Of a stretch of 32,000 bases of DNA, positions 8,839 to 18,618 are shown piece by piece. This DNA comes from Candidatus Baldrarchaeota archaeon (GTDB taxonomy: Archaea; Asgardarchaeota; Baldrarchaeia; Baldrarchaeales; DXJG01): positions 51 to 32,050 of the forward strand of contig DXJG01000006.1 of NCBI GenBank assembly GCA_019056805.1, read 5' to 3'. Position numbers and translations under genes: made by a program. The stretch's first letter is position 1. Every line of letters starts with the position of its first letter. The notes under the pieces were generated by a model that searched no databases, was not told where the DNA came from, and saw only the letters and a list, made by a program, of their open reading frames with translations.

Positions 8839-10167
8839 TTATTTTGTTTCTGGCATCTTTAGAACAATTAACAGAATACTGTATGCTATAGTCAAAGTGG
8901 CGACTAAATACGGTATATTAGGTCCAATAAATGAGTAAATTGCACCAGCTGCTAAGGTAGTAATACTAGCTGTTATGTTAATTATTAGTCCGATTACGGA
9001 ATTTATTCGCCCTCGAAATTCTAAAGGAGTAAGATCTGTAGTTATTGCATTAATAACAATGAACCAAATGGAAAAACCTATTGATGTTAAACTTACAGCA
9101 ACCAAAGTCAAGATAAATGGATTAGCTGTTACATAAGGTGTTATAAAAAGAAGGAAATCACCAAATAATTGGGAAATAGCAGAAACTATGATAACAGGTT
9201 TTCGACCAATTTTATCAATAAAAAATCCAGAGGGCAAAGTAACGAGGATGCCAAGAAAATTACTTACTATGAAAATGTAACCCCAAGTGATTTCATCGAT
9301 TCCAAGAAAATAGACAGAATAATAAGCTGTAAGAAAGCTCATCGAGGCTGCTACACTAATAACAACATCTATTAGAAGAAGATATTTCAAATTTTCCTTT
9401 ATGAAGTTTAAAGCTTTCTTATATCCTTCTTTAAACGATAATTGCTTATTTTCTAACGATTCTTCTCTAAGCAACGTTTCTTTAAGAAATACTGCCCTAA
9501 TTATAACAACAGTCATACCGCTAAAGAAAGTTAAAAGATAGGCAAGCCTAATTGCTGGGACCAGTGTATATCGAGAGATCAAGTAAATAGCTAAAGCGGG
9601 TGAAAACGATGCTATAATACTCGGCAAGAAATTATATAGTGAAAATATTTTTCCACGTTTTTCTTTTGGTGTAGAATCTGACATTAAACTCCATAAAGCT
9701 GGTTGATACATCAAAGCAACGCTTGATAAAAATGCGCCAATAACAAGCCAAGTCCAATCTGGTGAAAAAGCATAAATCAAATATGATGAACTAACTAATG
9801 CAGTCATATAAACAACGATTTTCTTTCTGCCGTATTTATCTGCTACATAACCTCCTATAAGTCTTGAAAAGCCAAGAGTTATTGTTGAAACAAAAGAAAT
9901 CACTGCAAGAATTACAGGAGTAGCCCCTAATTCTTTTGCATATAATTGAAAGTAAGGATGAGTCATATATTGAAAAGGTGCCCAAATAACCCAACTTAGA
10001 ACCAGACCAAAAACATTCCACTTATAAATTCTTCTAAGATGTTCTTCGTAGTGTTCATCGAATTCTTTCATAGCCCTTGTTAAATTAAATATGCTTAAAA
10101 ATATTTTGCGTCTTACTCTTCTCCCAAATTTAACAAAGCTTTGCAACACACCACTTAAAAACTTCAT
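8839..10167 (-). CDS. Major facilitator superfamily transporter inside the F420 gene block
   Basis: About 12 TM segments; motif A GGYVADKYGRKK and GFFIDKIGRK; ORF start is 13 nt after the cofD stop (a later start at M33 is possible). Confidence 0.9.
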   Translation of the reverse strand: MKFLSGVLQSFVKFGRRVRRKIFLSIFNLTRAMKEFDEHYEEHLRRIYKWNVFGLVLSWVIWAPFQYMTHPYFQLYAKELGATPVILAVISFVSTITLGFSRLIGGYVADKYGRKKIVVYMTALVSSSYLIYAFSPDWTWLVIGAFLSSVALMYQPALWSLMSDSTPKEKRGKIFSLYNFLPSIIASFSPALAIYLISRYTLVPAIRLAYLLTFFSGMTVVIIRAVFLKETLLREESLENKQLSFKEGYKKALNFIKENLKYLLLIDVVISVAASMSFLTAYYSVYFLGIDEITWGYIFIVSNFLGILVTLPSGFFIDKIGRKPVIIVSAISQLFGDFLLFITPYVTANPFILTLVAVSLTSIGFSIWFIVINAITTDLTPLEFRGRINSVIGLIINITASITTLAAGAIYSFIGPNIPYLVATLTIAYSILLIVLKMPETK

Positions 10168-10180
10168 ATAAATAAAATTG

Positions 10181-11107
10181 TTAGAGACTCAAACAGTTTA
10201 GAGCTTCTTTTGCAAGTCTTATTTTGTCTTCGAGTGTTTTCATTATGGTGTTGGTTACGGAAACTTTTATTCCAAGTTCCTCTATTCTATATTTCAAGTC
10301 TTTATCAACGTTATCTATAATTAAAACATCAATAATGTCTTTATACACTTTAGCTACACCGACCGCTGATACTTCGATTCCTAATCCTCGCATTAATTTG
10401 TCAGCTGGACCTTTTATAGGTGCTCCACCTACAATGGGACTTATAGCAACAATTTTTGCTTCTGTTTTCTTCATAGCTTCTTTTACACCTTTAACAGACA
10501 ATATTGGGCCTATACTTACAATGGGGTTACTTGGACAAATAATAATTCCATCGGCATTCAATATAGACTCTATTACTCCGGGAGCTGGTTCAGCTTTTTC
10601 TATACCCTCAAATTTTACATCCAAAACAGGGTCCTGGGCCTTTCTTTTAACCAAATATTCTTGGAAATGCATCTCACCAACGTTAGTAACTATCTTTGTT
10701 TGCACTCTATCATTTGTCATAGGAATTATTTTCACCTTAACTCCCAAGGTTTTTCGAATATTCTCCGTAACTTCTGACAGTTTCAACCCTTTTTTCAACA
10801 ATATTGTTCTATGGATATGAGTTGCTAAGTCTTTATCTCCAAGCATAAACCATGTTTCATAGCCATACTTTCTAAGCATATCTAAACAGTTGAAAGTATC
10901 TTCACGGATCCCCCAACCTTTTTCTTGATCAACAATGTTTGCAAGAGTATAGGTAACTATATCAACGTCAGGAGAAATATGTAGTCCATAAAACTCGATA
11001 TCATCTGCAGTATTAACTATTGTAACTATTTCTTCAGGTGGAACAACATGAACTAGTCCTTGTAGAAATCTTGCAGCTCCAACTCCTCCAGCTAATGTAG
11101 TTATCAT
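10181..11107 (-). CDS. cofD: 2-phospho-L-lactate transferase (CofD/FbiA)
   Basis: LAGGVGAARF, NTADD, ISPDVD, LGDKDLATH, PMTND, HFQEY, PSNPIVSIGPIL, KGPADKLM. Confidence 0.95.
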   Translation of the reverse strand: MITTLAGGVGAARFLQGLVHVVPPEEIVTIVNTADDIEFYGLHISPDVDIVTYTLANIVDQEKGWGIREDTFNCLDMLRKYGYETWFMLGDKDLATHIHRTILLKKGLKLSEVTENIRKTLGVKVKIIPMTNDRVQTKIVTNVGEMHFQEYLVKRKAQDPVLDVKFEGIEKAEPAPGVIESILNADGIIICPSNPIVSIGPILSVKGVKEAMKKTEAKIVAISPIVGGAPIKGPADKLMRGLGIEVSAVGVAKVYKDIIDVLIIDNVDKDLKYRIEELGIKVSVTNTIMKTLEDKIRLAKEALNCLSL

Positions 11108-11725
11108 TTACCATCCCTCCCAATGTAAAATTTCTTCAATAGGCTTTCTAGGTGGAGGTAAAGGCTGTTCATCCGGGTAACCCACTTCTATTAATGCTTG
11201 AGGTTCCACGTCTTCTGGAATATTTAAAACCTTCCTAACTATTTTCTTTGCGAAGAGAGGAGCACATCTCCAACATGCACCCAACCCTTCAACATACGCA
11301 GCTAGCAATAGGTTTTGAATCGCCGCCGCAACACTTTGAACAGCCATAACATACTCCGCCTTTTGTCTCCTTTCGTCAGGATATTTATCCATATCGCGCA
11401 TAGTTAAACAAGCAATTATTAAGACCGGTGCACTAATCATTCTCCTAATAGAGGTTTTAACCCTTTTCTCACATTCCTGTTTTGAAAAACCATTAGCCAA
11501 AAGATCTTCCCTAAATTTTTCACCCATACTTATTGCAAGCCTTTCTTTTACTTCACGACTTCTTATTATGATAAAATGCCACGGCTGAGCATTATGAGCT
11601 GATGGTGCCCATATAGCCGCTTTAATCAGCCTTAACAAAACTTCTTTTTCAACAGGCTTATCTTTAAACTTCCTAACGGTTCTCCTGTTCTCAATTACTC
11701 TATAAAAATATTCAATGTCCTCCAT
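11108..11725 (-). CDS. Nitroreductase-fold protein of the FbiB C-terminal / FbiE type (putative dehydro-F420-0 reductase)
   Basis: RRTVRKF, APSAHNAQPW, GLGACW (nitroreductase). KFREDLLANG, EKRVK and YPDERRQKAEYVM match the insert I recall from the mycobacterial FbiB C-terminal domain. Stop abuts the cofD start (TAAATG). Confidence 0.8.
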   Translation of the reverse strand: MEDIEYFYRVIENRRTVRKFKDKPVEKEVLLRLIKAAIWAPSAHNAQPWHFIIIRSREVKERLAISMGEKFREDLLANGFSKQECEKRVKTSIRRMISAPVLIIACLTMRDMDKYPDERRQKAEYVMAVQSVAAAIQNLLLAAYVEGLGACWRCAPLFAKKIVRKVLNIPEDVEPQALIEVGYPDEQPLPPPRKPIEEILHWEGW

Positions 11726-11997
11726 GAACCATCATCCCTTCGTATGTAGTTCTGTTCAATAACTAACTACTTGAAACTTTAGCTAAGCTTAAATTTAAAA
11801 GATACGGAAAATAAAACTGTAAAACTGGAGAGATAAAAATTCACATATTTGTATCTAAAAAAACTCGGAGATTTCATTAATATTAGTCTTGGTTCTTAAC
11901 ATAAAATATTCCTATCTAAAGCTTTTAATACAAATTTAATGTATTAACAGTATTTTGTCGGAAAATTTATTAGAAAGTTAAGAAACCAATTTATCAC

Positions 11998-12540
11998 ATG
12001 AGTGTCCACAGAACGATGGGTACTATAGGATTTATTTTGTCAGCTATTGTGGATCTCTTAGTCTTAGGCAAAATAACAATATTACATGCGCTTCTCGTAT
12101 ACCCTGTAAACATTATATGTCGATCTGTTAGCTGGGTAACCTTAGGTAGAGCTTTTAAGAAGGGCTTTTACAAATTGACAGGATTAATCGTACTAATATT
12201 AGGCATATTTGTTTTTCTGATGTACACAGTAATAGGAAGGGTTCTGGGAGCCTTAGAGACGGTTATTCTTATGGTCCTATTGTTATGGATAATATATTCC
12301 CTTTTTGAATTCGCATCCTACCACAAGCTCAGGAATTTCACCAAGAAGTTTAGTCTTGCCAGAATAAGTCTTATAGGAATAATACTAATTACAATTGGAA
12401 TACTTAGCCAACTTGAACAACCTATGGAACAATGGATATCAGGACCCGTAACCCTTGGTTTCCTGTTCCTCGTCGTATCCTCCGTCCTAGCGGCTTCGGG
12501 TTTTAGAAAGCTTCCAACAAAGCTAGAAGTGTCAACCTAA
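11998..12540 (+). CDS. Hypothetical membrane protein (about 6 TM)
   Basis: 180-aa hydrophobic ORF; no family recognised. Confidence 0.6.
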   Translation: MSVHRTMGTIGFILSAIVDLLVLGKITILHALLVYPVNIICRSVSWVTLGRAFKKGFYKLTGLIVLILGIFVFLMYTVIGRVLGALETVILMVLLLWIIYSLFEFASYHKLRNFTKKFSLARISLIGIILITIGILSQLEQPMEQWISGPVTLGFLFLVVSSVLAASGFRKLPTKLEVST

Positions 12541-12634
12541 CAATCGATTAAACGAAATAAATGAATTAACAGTAAAAAATAATTTACCATGAAATTAAAC
12601 TATTAGTCAGTAGTAACGTGTTTGAACTGTTATG

Positions 12635-13192
12635 TTATTTTTTGATGTTTATTAGCATTTCTTTTACATATTCGACGTTTAGTACGAGTGATACTATTAT
12701 GGCGGAGATTATGACTTCTATGAAAGCCTTTCCAACGATTTGCAGCGCAATAAAGATCAAGCTTAATTGAAATGGAGCTCCACCAACGATAACAGCCCAG
12801 AAAACGACCACTAGAATTATGTATGGTGCTTCAACGATTTCCCCAATTATTGCGCAGAGTACTGGCCAAAAACTTGGTTTTCTTTCCATAACTCTAAGCT
12901 TCTTTGCAACAATACCTGTTACTCCTGCCAATATAGCGTTTCCAATGGGTATAAAAGGTCCTGCTCCACCGTAGGACCAGATGGTATATGCCATGATTAG
13001 TGAACCTATAGCTCCAGTTATTGCTCCTTCTAAAGGTCCAAGTCCTACTGCTAGGAGAAAATAGGGAAACTGAACTACCTGAAACACTATTGGAACTGGT
13101 CCAGGTATAACTATCCTGAAAAACGATAGAACATTGCTGAGAGCCGCCATTATTGCTATCAAAGATAATGTTTTAACATTTAGTTTTTCCAT
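12635..13192 (-). CDS. ECF transporter S component, substrate unknown
   Basis: 185 aa, about 6 TM; N-terminal LSLIAIMAALSNVL and LGPLEGAITGAIG patterns; GGTGA RBS. Confidence 0.8.
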   Translation of the reverse strand: MEKLNVKTLSLIAIMAALSNVLSFFRIVIPGPVPIVFQVVQFPYFLLAVGLGPLEGAITGAIGSLIMAYTIWSYGGAGPFIPIGNAILAGVTGIVAKKLRVMERKPSFWPVLCAIIGEIVEAPYIILVVVFWAVIVGGAPFQLSLIFIALQIVGKAFIEVIISAIIVSLVLNVEYVKEMLINIKK

Positions 13193-13354
13193 GTTAATTC
13201 ACCTTTCCCCGGAGATTTGAGGTAACACTTCCTCTCAACCTTTAGCTTTAAATTTTACTACTCAATTTTGAGAAACTTCGATAAATGGACCAGCGTCAAT
13301 TCATGTTTTATAATGTTTGTAGAGAAGAGTTAAATTCTGTAAATGTAACCATAG

Positions 13355-13373
13355 TATTGTATTATTAACAATA
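13355..13373. promoter_or_regulatory. Inverted repeat TATTGT-N7-ACAATA upstream of the Rid gene (possible operator)
   Basis: Perfect 6-bp arms ending 15 nt before the ATG at 13389; AT-rich, so it may be chance. Confidence 0.3.
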
Positions 13374-13388
13374 GCTTGGAGGAATTAC

Positions 13389-13850
13389 ATGAGTGTTGAG
13401 GAAAAGCTAAAAGCTATGGGTTTAAGTTTACCTAAACCGCCTAAACCTGTTGCCGCCTATATACCCGCAGTTAAAACTGGAAATCTAATTTTTATCTCTG
13501 GGCAAATCCCTGTTGTTAACGGTGAGCTAAAATACAAAGGAAAAGTTGGTCAAGGTCTCAGTATCGAGGATGGCTATGAAGCCGCTAAAATCTGTGTTCT
13601 AAATGCTCTAAGTATAGTAAAAGATATGGTTGGAAGTTTAGATAAGGTTAAACGAATTGTAAGAGTTGTGGGTTATGTTAACTGTTCAGACGACTTTGAA
13701 GAGCCACATAAAGTTGTTAACGGAGCTTCTGAGCTTCTTGTAGAAATTTTCGGTGAAAAGGGTAGACATGCTAGACTAGCACTAGGTACAAATACATTGC
13801 CTCTTGGAGCCACCATAGAATTAGAAATGATTGTCGAAGTAGAAGAATAA
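13389..13850 (+). CDS. Rid (YjgF/YER057c/UK114) family imine deaminase
   Basis: ISGQIP, NGASELL, GRHAR (catalytic Arg present), LPLGATIELE. Confidence 0.9.
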   Translation: MSVEEKLKAMGLSLPKPPKPVAAYIPAVKTGNLIFISGQIPVVNGELKYKGKVGQGLSIEDGYEAAKICVLNALSIVKDMVGSLDKVKRIVRVVGYVNCSDDFEEPHKVVNGASELLVEIFGEKGRHARLALGTNTLPLGATIELEMIVEVEE

Positions 13851-13940
13851 TTGCACAATATAGTCGTTCCTAATGTATTAACGAATTTCCATTATATTCA
13901 CTAACAACTAAACTAAAGAATTAAAAATATACGGGGAGAG

Positions 13941-15125
13941 GTGTCTTCTCTGAAAAATTCTAATCTTTTAAATTTTCTAATCTCTCTGATAAAAACACCA
14001 AGTCTATCTGGACAGGAAGAAAAGGTAGCAAAAATAGTCTTTAGGGAAATGAAAAACTTAGAGTATGATGAAGTGTTTACCGATGAACTTGGAAGTGTCA
14101 TCGGCATCATAAACAGCAAAAGAGGTAAAGTAATCTGCTTTAATGGTCACATGGATCATGTCCCTGAAGGTGATTTAAACAACTGGAAATATCATCCGTA
14201 TAGCGGAACGATCGATGGAGATTACTTATATGGACGTGGAACAGTTGACATGAAAAGTGCACTTGCAAGCATGATCTATGCAGCAGCAAAAGCCCGAGAC
14301 AATGAACTATTAAACGGAAGAATTATTGTCGCAGCTGTTGTTTTCGAGGAGTTGCAAGAAGGAATTGCTATGAAAAACATAGTTGAAAATCACAACATAA
14401 ATCCTGATGTCGTAATTTTAGGTGAACCAACAAATCTTAACTTAGCGATAGGACATAGAGGTCGAGTAGAAATAGAAATTACAATACATGGGAAAACAAG
14501 CCACGCAAGCATGCCTGAACTAGGTGACAACGCAGTTTTCAAAGCACTACCACTCTTACAAGTTTTGAAGAATATTAATAAAGAAATGCCAGAACACCCC
14601 GTTTTAGGAAAAGAAACCTTAGCCTTAACCAAAATAATTTCAGAGCCACCAGAAGGACCAATAATACCTGACAAGTGTAAAATATTTTTAGACAGAAGAA
14701 TATCAGTATTATCAACAAAAGAAGAAATTCTCTTGGAAACACAGAAAATTTTAGATTCCATCTCAGACAAATTATCAAAAAATGATGTAGAGTATAAAAT
14801 TATAGAAACAGAGTTAAAATGCTACACAGGCTACACTCTAAAGACAGAAAGATTCTTCTACAAATGGATACTAGATAAAGAAAACCCTATAGTTAAAAGG
14901 GCAATCAAAGCATTAAAAGAAATAGAATTATCACCAAAAATAATGATATGGCGTTTCGGAACAGACGGTTCCTACACAGCTGGAGAAAAAGGAATTCCAA
15001 CCATAGGATTTGGCCCTGGAGACGAAAAATTAGCACATCAACCGAATGAACGAATTTCAATAAAGGATGTATACAAAGCGGTAAATGGCTATATCTCGCT
15101 AGCAAAAAATCTGTTAAAGACGTAA
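13941..15125 (+). CDS. M20 (ArgE/DapE) metallohydrolase, YgeY-like
   Basis: GHMDHV, GRGTVDMK, FEE, GEPT, HASMP, WRFGTDG, GFGPG...AHQPNE; GTG start after GGGGAG. Confidence 0.85.
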   Translation: MSSLKNSNLLNFLISLIKTPSLSGQEEKVAKIVFREMKNLEYDEVFTDELGSVIGIINSKRGKVICFNGHMDHVPEGDLNNWKYHPYSGTIDGDYLYGRGTVDMKSALASMIYAAAKARDNELLNGRIIVAAVVFEELQEGIAMKNIVENHNINPDVVILGEPTNLNLAIGHRGRVEIEITIHGKTSHASMPELGDNAVFKALPLLQVLKNINKEMPEHPVLGKETLALTKIISEPPEGPIIPDKCKIFLDRRISVLSTKEEILLETQKILDSISDKLSKNDVEYKIIETELKCYTGYTLKTERFFYKWILDKENPIVKRAIKALKEIELSPKIMIWRFGTDGSYTAGEKGIPTIGFGPGDEKLAHQPNERISIKDVYKAVNGYISLAKNLLKT

Positions 15126-15170
15126 AAAGCAAACTATCTATGTCATGAAATTGGAGGTAAAGGAGGTAGG

Positions 15171-16142
15171 TTGATGTATCTTGTTCCAACGTTTAAAGAT
15201 GTGTTAAATGCTAAAAAGATAGTTTCTAAGCATCTTATTAGAACACCGCTTCTATATTCTAAGCAGCTTTCAAGAATGCTTGAATGTGATGCATATGTTA
15301 AATGTGAAAATGTTCAGATCACTGGAGCATTTAAAGTTAGGGGAGGAGTTAATTTAATTTCTAAGTTATCGGATGAAGAGAAACGTAAAGGTGTAATTGC
15401 CGTCTCAACTGGAAATCACGGCTTATCAGTTGCTTATGCAGCCTCACTTTTCGATGTAGATGCAACGATAGTTATGCCTGAAAAAGCTAATCCATTTAAA
15501 GTTCAAGCCATAAAAGATCTAGGAGCCAAAGTAGTTTTCCATGGAAAAGACTATGATGAAGCAAAAGAATGGACCGAAAAAGAAGCTGTCAAGAAGGGTT
15601 ATCGATACATACATTCAGGAAACGAACCATATCTAATAGCAGGTGTAGGAACACTATACCTAGAAATACTTGAAGATTTGCCAGATGTAGATGTAATAAT
15701 AGTTCCAGTAGGTGGAGGAAGCGGAGCTTCAGCAGCATGTATAGTAGCTAAAACAATAAACCCAAAAATAAAGGTTATAGGGGTTCAGTCAAGCGGGGCA
15801 CCAGCAGTTTACCTCTCTTGGAAAAACAAGAAAACCGTGAAAATGGACAAAATAAATACCTTTGCAGAGGGTCTGGCTACAAGAGCCCCCTTCGAACTGA
15901 CACTAGACATCATGTGGAAGTACTTAGACGATATGATTCTCGTGGAAGACGAAGAAATAGCTAAGGCAATAATATTACTGCTTAAAACAATTCATCAAGT
16001 AGCTGAAGGAGCCGGTGCAGCCGCAACAGCAGCAGCCCTAAAACTCAAAGAACAAATAAAAGGAAAAAAGGTAGCATTAATTCTAAGCGGAGGCAACATA
16101 TCCTTCGACAAGCTAAAAGAAATAATCACAAAATACAGCTAA
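15171..16142 (+). CDS. PLP-dependent threonine/serine ammonia-lyase, no regulatory ACT domain
   Basis: KCENVQITGAFKVRG (PLP lysine), STGNHG, VPVGGGSG, EGAGAA, ILSGGN; GGAGGT RBS. Confidence 0.9.
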   Translation: MMYLVPTFKDVLNAKKIVSKHLIRTPLLYSKQLSRMLECDAYVKCENVQITGAFKVRGGVNLISKLSDEEKRKGVIAVSTGNHGLSVAYAASLFDVDATIVMPEKANPFKVQAIKDLGAKVVFHGKDYDEAKEWTEKEAVKKGYRYIHSGNEPYLIAGVGTLYLEILEDLPDVDVIIVPVGGGSGASAACIVAKTINPKIKVIGVQSSGAPAVYLSWKNKKTVKMDKINTFAEGLATRAPFELTLDIMWKYLDDMILVEDEEIAKAIILLLKTIHQVAEGAGAAATAAALKLKEQIKGKKVALILSGGNISFDKLKEIITKYS

Positions 16143-16163
16143 CTAAAACAGAATACACCAAGG

Positions 16164-16319
16164 ATGCGAGAGATAGTAATTGCGAATTCATTTATTGCTC
16201 CTTTAATCTACGCACTTCTAGTAGAAGCTTTAACACTTCTAGCTTTTCCAATAAATGGTCTAATGACATTTCTTATAATAGCAACAATAGGAGCATACAT
16301 CACATTCTCTAAGCACTAA
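16164..16319 (+). CDS. Possible 51-aa hydrophobic small protein (below the ORF-track cutoff)
   Basis: Hand translation MREIVIANSFIAPLIYALLVEALTLLAFPINGLMTFLIIATIGAYITFSKH; two short hydrophobic stretches; weak RBS. Confidence 0.35.
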   Translation: MREIVIANSFIAPLIYALLVEALTLLAFPINGLMTFLIIATIGAYITFSKH

Positions 16320-16462
16320 AATAAAAATAAATACGACAATATTTTTTCCAATATTAATTATTATTAAATTAAAAGAAAGTAGGAAGACATTGGAAGCTTT
16401 TAAATATCTTTTGGAATAAAATCTGATTTACCAAGCTTAAATTTCGTGTAGGAGGTGGGAAG

Positions 16463-18508
16463 ATGCATGAAAAACATTCCAAAAAAGAACATATGAATCA
16501 TGAACACCATTTGCATAAACATGAGGAAATTACGGCTCAACCTAAACCACATGCCCATCGTGATCATCATGCTCATATGGCTGAAGAATTCAAGAAAAAA
16601 TTCTGGATATCACTTATCCTAACTATTCCAATACTTATTCTCTCACCAATGATACAATCCCTAATGGGCATACAAATAAGATTTCTAGGAGACATGTACC
16701 TACTTTTTGCTCTCTCGAGTATAATATATCTATATGGGGGATTACCTTTTCTCAAGGGAATGGTCGACGAGTTACGTAAGAAAAGTCCAGGAATGATGAC
16801 CCTAGTTGCAGTAGCAATCACCACCGCCTATGCATATAGTAGTGTTGTTGTCTTCGGATTGCAAGGAAAAGTATTCTTTTGGGAGCTAGCAACACTAATC
16901 GATATCATGCTTCTCGGTCACTGGATTGAAATGCGCTCCGTACTTGGGGCATCCAAAGCACTAGAAGAAATGGTTAAACTGATGCCATCAGAAGCTCACC
17001 TCTTAATGGAAGATGGTTCAACAATGGACGTACCGATTGAGAAAATAAAGCCTGGTGACCGCGTACTAGTTAAACCCGGAGAAAAAATACCCGTAGATGG
17101 CATTGTAATTCAAGGACGTACAACCGTTGATGAAAGTATGTTAACGGGTGAATCAAAGCCTGTTGAAAAGAATGAAGGCGATACTGTCATTGGCGGAGCA
17201 ATAAATAATGAGGGATCAATAATTGTTGAAGTTCAGAAAACTGGTGCTGAAACATATCTTTCACAAGTAATTGAACTTGTTAGAGAAGCTCAGGAAACTC
17301 GTTCAAAGACTCAAGATTTAGCGAATAGGGCTGCATTCTGGTTAACAATAATTGCTCTGGGAGGAGGAGCAATCACTTTCTTAACGTGGATTCTAACAGG
17401 GAAAGATGTTGCATTTGCATTGGAGCGCGCTGTCACTGTAATGGTTATTGCTTGTCCTCATGCATTAGGCCTTGCAATTCCACTAGCTGTAGCAGTTTCA
17501 ACATCTTTGGCTGCTAAAAACGGTTTACTTATTCGAGAACGTAGTGCTTTTGAACGTGCTAGAAATTTACAAGCAGTTGTATTCGATAAAACTGGAACAC
17601 TAACCGAAGGTAGATTTGGTGTAACAGATATTATTTCCCTTTCTGGCAAAGATGAGAATGAAGTTTTAAGTCTTGCAGCTTCCTTAGAATCACGTTCCGA
17701 ACATCCAATCGCTCTAGGAATTGTTCAAAAAGCTCAAGAAAGAAATTTACCACTTAGAGAAGTAACCGATTTCAAAGCTATTACAGGGAGAGGCATAGAA
17801 GGAAAAGTAGATGGAAAGATCGTGAGGGTTGTTAGTCCAAGTTATCTAAAGGAAAATAATATAAAAATCAGTGATGAAAGGGTTGAAAAAGTTTTCAAGC
17901 AAGGAAAAACTGTCGTATTTGTTTTAGAAGACAATCAGGTCATCGGAGCAATAGCATTAGCGGATATTATACGTAAGGAATCTAGAGAAGCTATTCAAAA
18001 ACTAAAAGAAATGGGATTAAAATGCATGATGCTTACTGGTGACAACAAATATGTTGCAAAATGGGTAGCAGAAGAATTAGGTCTAGATGACTATTTTGCT
18101 GAAGTACTTCCCCACGAAAAAGCAGCGGTTATTCGAAAAATACAGGAACGTGGCTTAATAGTAGCGATGGTTGGAGACGGAATAAATGATGCTCCCGCCC
18201 TAGCACAAGCAGATATAGGAATTGCAATCGGTGCTGGAACTGATGTAGCTATAGAAACAGCAGATATAATCTTAGTTCGCAATGATCCTAGAGATGTAGT
18301 TGCAATCATTGGTCTCGCGAAAGCAACCTACAAGAAAATGATTCAAAACCTACTTTGGGCAACAGGATACAATGCCATCGCAATTCCACTCGCAGCAGGT
18401 ATCCTCTATGGAATTGGAATACTCTTAACTCCAGCAATAGGCGCTATACTAATGTCTTTAAGCACATTTATCGTTTCCGTCAACGCACGACTACTTTCCC
18501 TGGGATAA
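16463..18508 (+). CDS. copB: Copper-exporting P1B-3 ATPase (CopB type)
   Basis: His-rich N-terminus, TGES, CPH in the transmembrane site, [24 protein letters not shown]. Confidence 0.92.
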   Translation: MHEKHSKKEHMNHEHHLHKHEEITAQPKPHAHRDHHAHMAEEFKKKFWISLILTIPILILSPMIQSLMGIQIRFLGDMYLLFALSSIIYLYGGLPFLKGMVDELRKKSPGMMTLVAVAITTAYAYSSVVVFGLQGKVFFWELATLIDIMLLGHWIEMRSVLGASKALEEMVKLMPSEAHLLMEDGSTMDVPIEKIKPGDRVLVKPGEKIPVDGIVIQGRTTVDESMLTGESKPVEKNEGDTVIGGAINNEGSIIVEVQKTGAETYLSQVIELVREAQETRSKTQDLANRAAFWLTIIALGGGAITFLTWILTGKDVAFALERAVTVMVIACPHALGLAIPLAVAVSTSLAAKNGLLIRERSAFERARNLQAVVFDKTGTLTEGRFGVTDIISLSGKDENEVLSLAASLESRSEHPIALGIVQKAQERNLPLREVTDFKAITGRGIEGKVDGKIVRVVSPSYLKENNIKISDERVEKVFKQGKTVVFVLEDNQVIGAIALADIIRKESREAIQKLKEMGLKCMMLTGDNKYVAKWVAEELGLDDYFAEVLPHEKAAVIRKIQERGLIVAMVGDGINDAPALAQADIGIAIGAGTDVAIETADIILVRNDPRDVVAIIGLAKATYKKMIQNLLWATGYNAIAIPLAAGILYGIGILLTPAIGAILMSLSTFIVSVNARLLSLG

Positions 18509-18618
18509 CAATTTCATTATTTCATTGTTTCCGGAGTTTTTCTTTTGTTAGCAGATCTACGGTTTATCTCATTTTCCCATTTATTCTTGACAACTTAAAA
18601 AAATAAGTGAAATAGGAA

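Noticed and set aside
13193-13300. Known riboswitch upstream of the ECF S component
   Set aside because: No TPP, FMN, preQ1, cobalamin or fluoride consensus recognisable; only a 4-6 bp hairpin.
16140-16142. Stop-codon readthrough fusing the dehydratase to a membrane tail
   Set aside because: The stop is TAA, the dehydratase ends at its normal family length, and there is no supporting signal.
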